From contig OZ253553.1 of NCBI GenBank assembly GCA_965262715.1, positions 1,824,001-1,888,000 on the forward strand: DNA of 64,000 nt, in the 5' to 3' direction. Positions 58,289 to 64,000 of this stretch are shown here, piece by piece (position 1 is the stretch's first letter; every line of letters begins with the position of its first letter). The notes below the pieces were generated by a model. It was not told the origin of the DNA. It made no database searches and saw nothing but the letters and a program-made list of their open reading frames with translations. This DNA is from Bdellovibrionales bacterium. GTDB taxonomy: Bacteria; Bdellovibrionota; Bdellovibrionia; Bdellovibrionales; JAUICD01. Both the position numbers and the translations under genes were made by a program.

Positions 58289-61234
58289 TTACCGAGATTG
58301 CATTTTATCAATATGCTCAAAGATAAGCGGCTTATTATCTAAAAAGTCTCTTATACCTTGCCCAGATTGTTTTGCCTCTAGAACTTGGTTTCTCGTTAAA
58401 AGACCTCTTTGTTGCAATTGGCTCAAATAAGCATCCGATACACCATATAACTCTTCTTTATAGAGTTCACTGATTAATAATCTATGTACATCTGAATTAA
58501 AATTTCCTGCAACTACAGAAGTCAACTCTGTCAAAAAAGATACATCTTTTGGAAGAAACCCTAAACGTCTTAACTGAGAGTAGGCGACTAAAGATTGCCT
58601 TGGGTCTGCCTTAGCTCCTTGTTGATAACTCTCGTAAAAACTCTTAAGACCATTATACCATGGGCAAAAAGGATGATTGATCACTGCTCGAAAACAAGAT
58701 GTAGAATTTTCTTGAAATAGATGAGTGATAGCATCTTGTTTATGGTCCTCATTGTAAAAATGCCGAGTGATTAAGGAATAATTAATTATATCATAAACTG
58801 AAACACTCTCATCTAAGAAAAACGCTCTATCCGCTCCAAAAGTCAGCTTTGGATGCTCAAGGGTATGATAACCTAATGGATTTGTACTTCCAAAATGAAG
58901 AGAGGTTTTTTCATTTGTTAACTCCAAAGCCTTTATGTTCAAAAGATGGTTGACACCAACTGTCTCATTAACTGCTGTGACAAAAGACTCATTGAATCTT
59001 CTTCGAACAACAGCATTAGGTTGACCTAAGTCTGAGAAAGGGGTGAGCTTAGCTAAAATAACAAGATCACTACCAATTGTATAACTTTTTACATAAGGAA
59101 AAACAGTAGATATATTGTTAAAAATCATTTTTATAAGATCTAAGTTCATAGAGTATGTATGAAACCATTGGCTTAAAACCCCATCATGATTGAGTTTTCC
59201 AGCAACAGACTTATAAAACTCTAAAGCAAATAAGTTTTCAACTCCAACAACCCAAGGATTGCTCGCCTCTGAAGCAATCAAATCATAACGTGTTTTCGAA
59301 TGTGTTAAAAACTTAAAAGCATCGTTTTCTATCACTGATACTTTAGGATTCTTACTTAAAAGAAAATTAACAGAGTCAAAAAGAGGATGCCTCTTTATAA
59401 GCACACTCGAAATTTCAATTGCTTGAACATCTTGAACATCAGCAAATCGCCCTAGAGAACCAGCTGTGATTCCTGTTCCAAAACCAATAACAGCAGTTTT
59501 AAGTTCTCTCGAGCTTGGAGCATAAAGGTAAGGAAAAAGGGCAGTCCCCCAAACAGTTGGAAAATCTCCCCAAGAGCTTCCATCTGACTTTCCATTAACA
59601 ATAATAGATAATATTTCATAATCAGGACCTGGAATAATAATTGAAGAAGAAATCCTCTTTTCAGAACCTCCTCTTAAAACAGAAATAGTTGAGTTTGGTC
59701 CATCTTCAAGAAAAACAGGGTCTCCTCCGTAAGACCGTGGTAAAAACCATGATTTAAAGTGATAATTTTCCATCTCGTGATTTCTAAACAAACCTACATA
59801 ATGATGACGACGATTCCATTGAGGCATAATAAACATGAAACATAGATAAAATATAATAAAGGTTGTAAGGAATCCTTTTAATTTAGAATGTTTTAAACTC
59901 CAAAAATCTTGAATCACAGGCACAGTAAGACTTAATATAACACCCATCATTAATACAGTGTAAAAGCAGAACTTGAATATTTCCTCTATAGAATAAAAAT
60001 GCAACAGCCAATATCCTAAAATAACAGCACCAACCAAAGCTCCTACTGTATTAAAAAAGTAAAGATACCCGCAGACTCTACCATAGTTCTTTTGATTTTT
60101 ATCAATCATGCAATAACTTAATGGCAGAATTCCACCTAGAAAAAAGAAAGCCGGTATCAGAGGAATACTGAAAGTTACAAAGATAAGACCCAAATAGACA
60201 AATTGAGTTATTGGTATTGTCGTGAGAGAAACTCTTATATGATTAACAACAGAGGGCAGATAAGGAACAGACCAAAAGAAAAAAGCAAGAAACAAAGAGG
60301 AAAACACTAAGCTTTTTAAAATAAATGTGAGATAATGAGATCTCTTTGAATGGGCAGAGGCTAGCTTATTGATTAAGCGGTTGATACGCAAGCTCCCCAG
60401 TCCAATCCCTAAAACAACAATAGCAAGTACCGTAGGAAAAACATAAATATTAAAGCCCATGGTTAAAGCCAACACACGGATTAAGATAATCTCTAATCCA
60501 ATAGTGATCGCGCCTATAACAAAAACAAGGGCATAGCAAAGAAAATTACTCGTTGCATGAGCATCTTCAGTCTTATCAAAACTGTCATGGCTCCGACGAG
60601 ATTGTGTGATCAATCGTCCTGAAAGAGCATTGAAGATATAGACAAAACTCACTAAAAAATTCAATGCCCCCATTGCAAACAAACTGTAAGGTAATCCTAA
60701 CATTGGAATTAATAAGTAACCACCACCTAAACACCCTAAAAAAGCCCCTATAGTATTTACACCATAGATTTGCGCATGAAAGGCATCAATTTCTCTATCT
60801 TTTTGCTTATCTTTTGATTGTGGAAAAAGCGTAGTCATTAAAGGGATTGTTGCTCCCATAAAAATTGTTGGTAGCAAAATAGCAATCACAATGATCAGCA
60901 TGTCAAAAAATAAATTGTTTGGCCCATTAAAGCTTATCTTCTGAAGAAAAATAAAATAGTTTGGAAAGATCACAACATAAGCAGCTGTAAAGAATTCAAT
61001 CCAACCATAAAACTTAAGTAACCCTTTTCGTGTACTAATGTACTTCTGCTCTGTTAAATAACCAAAAAGAAAATAGCCCAGACTTAAGCCTAAAAGGAAA
61101 ATAGCAACAACTAAAGCTGCTGATCTTGCTTCACTGCCAACCAAAATGGCAAGATACCTCTGCCAAACCATTTGATAAACAAGACTAACCATCCCAGTAA
61201 GGAAAATACAAAAAAGTAAGAAATTTTTATACAT
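58289..61234 (-). CDS. multi-TM membrane domain fused to spermidine synthase-like SAM-binding domain
   Basis: SLVYQMVWQR, YGVNTIGAFLG, VNGKSD, IGFGTGIT, DAFKFL and SEASNPW motifs. Confidence 0.88.
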   Translation of the reverse strand: MYKNFLLFCIFLTGMVSLVYQMVWQRYLAILVGSEARSAALVVAIFLLGLSLGYFLFGYLTEQKYISTRKGLLKFYGWIEFFTAAYVVIFPNYFIFLQKISFNGPNNLFFDMLIIVIAILLPTIFMGATIPLMTTLFPQSKDKQKDREIDAFHAQIYGVNTIGAFLGCLGGGYLLIPMLGLPYSLFAMGALNFLVSFVYIFNALSGRLITQSRRSHDSFDKTEDAHATSNFLCYALVFVIGAITIGLEIILIRVLALTMGFNIYVFPTVLAIVVLGIGLGSLRINRLINKLASAHSKRSHYLTFILKSLVFSSLFLAFFFWSVPYLPSVVNHIRVSLTTIPITQFVYLGLIFVTFSIPLIPAFFFLGGILPLSYCMIDKNQKNYGRVCGYLYFFNTVGALVGAVILGYWLLHFYSIEEIFKFCFYTVLMMGVILSLTVPVIQDFWSLKHSKLKGFLTTFIIFYLCFMFIMPQWNRRHHYVGLFRNHEMENYHFKSWFLPRSYGGDPVFLEDGPNSTISVLRGGSEKRISSSIIIPGPDYEILSIIVNGKSDGSSWGDFPTVWGTALFPYLYAPSSRELKTAVIGFGTGITAGSLGRFADVQDVQAIEISSVLIKRHPLFDSVNFLLSKNPKVSVIENDAFKFLTHSKTRYDLIASEASNPWVVGVENLFALEFYKSVAGKLNHDGVLSQWFHTYSMNLDLIKMIFNNISTVFPYVKSYTIGSDLVILAKLTPFSDLGQPNAVVRRRFNESFVTAVNETVGVNHLLNIKALELTNEKTSLHFGSTNPLGYHTLEHPKLTFGADRAFFLDESVSVYDIINYSLITRHFYNEDHKQDAITHLFQENSTSCFRAVINHPFCPWYNGLKSFYESYQQGAKADPRQSLVAYSQLRRLGFLPKDVSFLTELTSVVAGNFNSDVHRLLISELYKEELYGVSDAYLSQLQQRGLLTRNQVLEAKQSGQGIRDFLDNKPLIFEHIDKMQSR

Positions 61235-61375
61235 AGCTCAAATATTATAGTATAAATATATAAAGTCATTTATTATATTCTTGACCTTAATGCATATTGT
61301 CATCTTTTTTGTTTTTTACAACAACTTAAGCACTTATGAATAAATATGACGGAGGTAACTTAAAGGTATCGCATC

Positions 61376-63334
61376 ATGAAAATAAATTTTTATTTTTTCC
61401 TTATAGTCCTTTTGCAATTTGTATTTTTAGTAGCATGCTCTACTCAACCAGAACAAAAAATGCATCCTACTTCAATTTCATCTTCTCCTCAACAATCAAA
61501 AGATTTTAAACGCATCAAAGACCTACATGCAAAAGGAGAGATAAAAGCAGCAATCAACTTATTAAACATATTTATTGAGAGACACCCTAGTGACGAAGCT
61601 TATTTTCTGCTTGGAACTCTTTATTATCAACAGAAAAAATATAAAAATGCTTACACATTCTTTAGAATCATTCGACCAAATAGTAACTACGGCAACCAAG
61701 CAAAAATTCAATCAGCTTACTCTTTATCTCATTTAGATATAGCTAATAAGAAAAAATCCTATCAATTAGTCAAACAGATTCTTAACAACTTAAAATTATC
61801 TGATACAGAAAAAATTCGTGTCTATAAACTTAAAGATATTTTATTAAAATATATTGATGATGAGATTATTCAGCAGCTAGAGACATATACTCAGCTTTAT
61901 CAATTAATTCAAAACCCAACATTGAAAGAAAAATATAACTTCAAAGCAGTGTCTTTATTACAATCAAAGTTAAATGAAGATCAACTTAAACAAGTTATTA
62001 AACATAACTCTCTGAAAACTCTAAAAAGTATGGCATTTTTTCAGCTAGGTTCTTTATATTTTGATCAAGGAGATTTCCGGCAAGCCAAATATTACTTTAA
62101 AAAAGCGCTTTATTGGCGATTAGATGAAGAATACAGAGATCAAGCAGAAAAAATATTAGCGCAAATAAATACAAGGCATAAAGTCAACGCTAATACAATC
62201 GGTGCTATATTACCATTAACTGGCAAAGATGCAGCCTTTGGGTATAAAGCCTTAAGAGGACTACAGTTAGCATTAGAAATTTATGATCATACTTCAGCAA
62301 GTGACTTACGCCTGGCTGTGATTGATAGCAAAAGTGATTTGCTTGTTGCGAAAGATGCGGTCCAACGCCTTGTTTTAGAAGATCGAGTCATTGCTATTGT
62401 TGGCGGCTTAATGAGTAAAACAGCGCATTCCATATCTTCTTCTGCTCAAAAACTCTTAGTTCCTAATATTGCTCTTTCACAAAAAAACGACATTACTGAA
62501 ATAGGGGATTATATTTTTCAAAATGCTTTAACTGGCCAGATGCAAGTGGACTTTTTAGTAGAAAGATCTATGCAAAAAGGTCTTAAGAACTTTGCCATTT
62601 TATATCCTAATGACAGGTATGGTATTGAATATGCTCAGCTATTTTGGGATAGTGTTCTAGCAAGACAAGGACAAATTGTTGCTGTTCAAACATATACAAA
62701 AGAAGAGACTGACTTTAGAGAGCAAATTCAGCGCATGATAGGAACTTTTTACAAAAATGATAGGCAAGCAGAGTTTAACAAAAAACTTAAGTTGTGGAGA
62801 AAGAAATTTCCAAACTCTCGCAAGAATATCCCAAATAACTTACTTGAACCTCTCGTTTTTTTTGATGCTCTTTTTATTCCAGATGGAATAAAAGTGCTTG
62901 GTCAAGTAGCACCCATGTTAGTTTATAATGATATAGAAAATATGATTTTATTAGGAACAAATTTATGGAATACTCCTCTACTTTCACAGAGAGCTGGGCA
63001 ATTTTTAAGATCCTCTATTTTTGTAGATAGTTTTTCTATGTCAGACGAAAATTTTATTTCTTCTGATTTTTATAAAAACTACATAAAAGTATTCAATCAA
63101 AAACCGCATATACTTGAACTACAAGCTTTTGAAGCCGGGTTGATCTTAAAGAAAGTTATTGAAGAAGGAGCAGATACACGTCAAGAAGCACAGAAAATGC
63201 TAACCACCATCAACCTAGATGGAGTACTTGGAAGCCTACAAATGACAGAAAAAAGACAAGTCAGGAGGCCAATGGCACCTTTAACTTATGATCAAAAGAC
63301 AAAACAAATTTCTAAGCTGTCTCACTCAAAATAA
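61376..63334 (+). CDS. TPR + periplasmic-binding-fold lipoprotein (LpoA/LppC-like penicillin-binding protein activator)
   Basis: LVAC lipobox, TPR-like repeats, IGAILPLTG, FDALFIPD and LLGTNLWN motifs. Confidence 0.8.
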   Translation: MKINFYFFLIVLLQFVFLVACSTQPEQKMHPTSISSSPQQSKDFKRIKDLHAKGEIKAAINLLNIFIERHPSDEAYFLLGTLYYQQKKYKNAYTFFRIIRPNSNYGNQAKIQSAYSLSHLDIANKKKSYQLVKQILNNLKLSDTEKIRVYKLKDILLKYIDDEIIQQLETYTQLYQLIQNPTLKEKYNFKAVSLLQSKLNEDQLKQVIKHNSLKTLKSMAFFQLGSLYFDQGDFRQAKYYFKKALYWRLDEEYRDQAEKILAQINTRHKVNANTIGAILPLTGKDAAFGYKALRGLQLALEIYDHTSASDLRLAVIDSKSDLLVAKDAVQRLVLEDRVIAIVGGLMSKTAHSISSSAQKLLVPNIALSQKNDITEIGDYIFQNALTGQMQVDFLVERSMQKGLKNFAILYPNDRYGIEYAQLFWDSVLARQGQIVAVQTYTKEETDFREQIQRMIGTFYKNDRQAEFNKKLKLWRKKFPNSRKNIPNNLLEPLVFFDALFIPDGIKVLGQVAPMLVYNDIENMILLGTNLWNTPLLSQRAGQFLRSSIFVDSFSMSDENFISSDFYKNYIKVFNQKPHILELQAFEAGLILKKVIEEGADTRQEAQKMLTTINLDGVLGSLQMTEKRQVRRPMAPLTYDQKTKQISKLSHSK

Positions 63335-63924
63335 ACCAACCTCTGGTTGCTTTCTGGCAATGACCCTGACGGCTAATGCCCTCAGCAAATAGGTCATTGC
63401 CTAGAAAGTCTGTTTATTTTGAGTAGGAATATCTCCTCGTTCTTTTATAAAATGTTAAGGAAATCATTTATGTCCTTACCCTATCTCTTATTTCCTCCTC
63501 CTACAAATCACCTCAAATCTTTTCATGGCAACTAGGATTTGATATTTTAAGCCAAAGATGAGGTATTCCACAGAGAAATCGCTATTGGCAATTTCCCGAA
63601 GGCTTAATTGCTCACTCAAAATAAACTGACCTCTGGTTGCTTTCTGGCAATGACCCTGACGGCTAATGCCCTCAGCAAATAGGTCATTGCCTAGAAAGTC
63701 TGTTTATTTTGAGTAGGAATATCTCCTCGTTCTTTTATAAAATGTTAAGGAAATCATTTATGTCCTTACCCTATCTCTTATTTCCTCCTCCTACAAATCA
63801 CCTCAAATCTTTTCATGGCAACTAGGATTTGATATTTTAAGCCAAAGATGAGGTATTCCACAGAGAAATCGCTATTGGCAATTTCCCGAAGGCTTAATTG
63901 CTCACTCAAAATAAACTGACCTCT
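63321..63924. repeat. 290-bp tandem repeat (2 full units + partial), each unit starting with the structured dispersed repeat
   Basis: Units start ctcactcaaaataaac at 63321, 63611 and 63901; units 1 and 2 differ only at caacc/tgacc. Confidence 0.95.
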
Positions 63925-64000
63925 CGAAGTGAGCCTCTCAAGGTGAGCCTCTAGCCATTTTTAAAAAACAATAACTAGAAAATGGACTGAAAGGATAAAC

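Noticed and set aside
63324..63425. Integron attC site (AAC...GTT with an extrahelical base)
   Set aside because: It does not fit RYYYAAC/GTTRRRY, the internal spacer is too asymmetric, copy B lacks AAC/GTT and no integron integrase is present.
63321..63924. CRISPR array
   Set aside because: The period is 290 bp, the spacers are identical and there are no cas genes in the window.

Overview
AT-rich bacterial chromosome segment (low-30s % GC by eye). A Bdellovibrionota-like, possibly host/sponge-associated lineage is my inference from the NadD-RsfS fusion, the pilin/TadE style, the LpoA/LppC-like lipoprotein and the secreted ankyrin and CDRT-type LRR proteins. Housekeeping blocks (gpmI-nadD/rsfS-obgE; tRNA-Ile2-rpoD-dnaG; htpX; tRNA-Leu; proC; spermidine synthase-like fusion; LpoA-like lipoprotein) are interleaved with accessory DNA. 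The accessory DNA includes a thiE-thiM-thiL-thiD salvage operon, a type IV pilin locus, IS200, IS30, IS5, IS3 and IS256 elements, a serine recombinase, an internally deleted class D-like group II intron and several pseudogenes. Four observations stand out. (1) Two divergent copies of a type IIG/Eco57I-like methyltransferase plus PLD-SF2 helicase module each carry a different small-peptide + partner cassette in the same slot between the two core genes: a ClpP-fold SDH protease in one and a membrane protein in the other. (2) A family of paralogous 53-67 aa peptides shares a KGTVxEPWxTA motif and lies in tandem before that membrane protein. (3) A dispersed ~100-150 bp repeat shows strong base-pair covariation. 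(4) Two inverted 28-bp 11-6-11 palindromes lie upstream of the pilin gene and look like a possible invertible switch. All family assignments come from motif recognition by eye; no searches were run.
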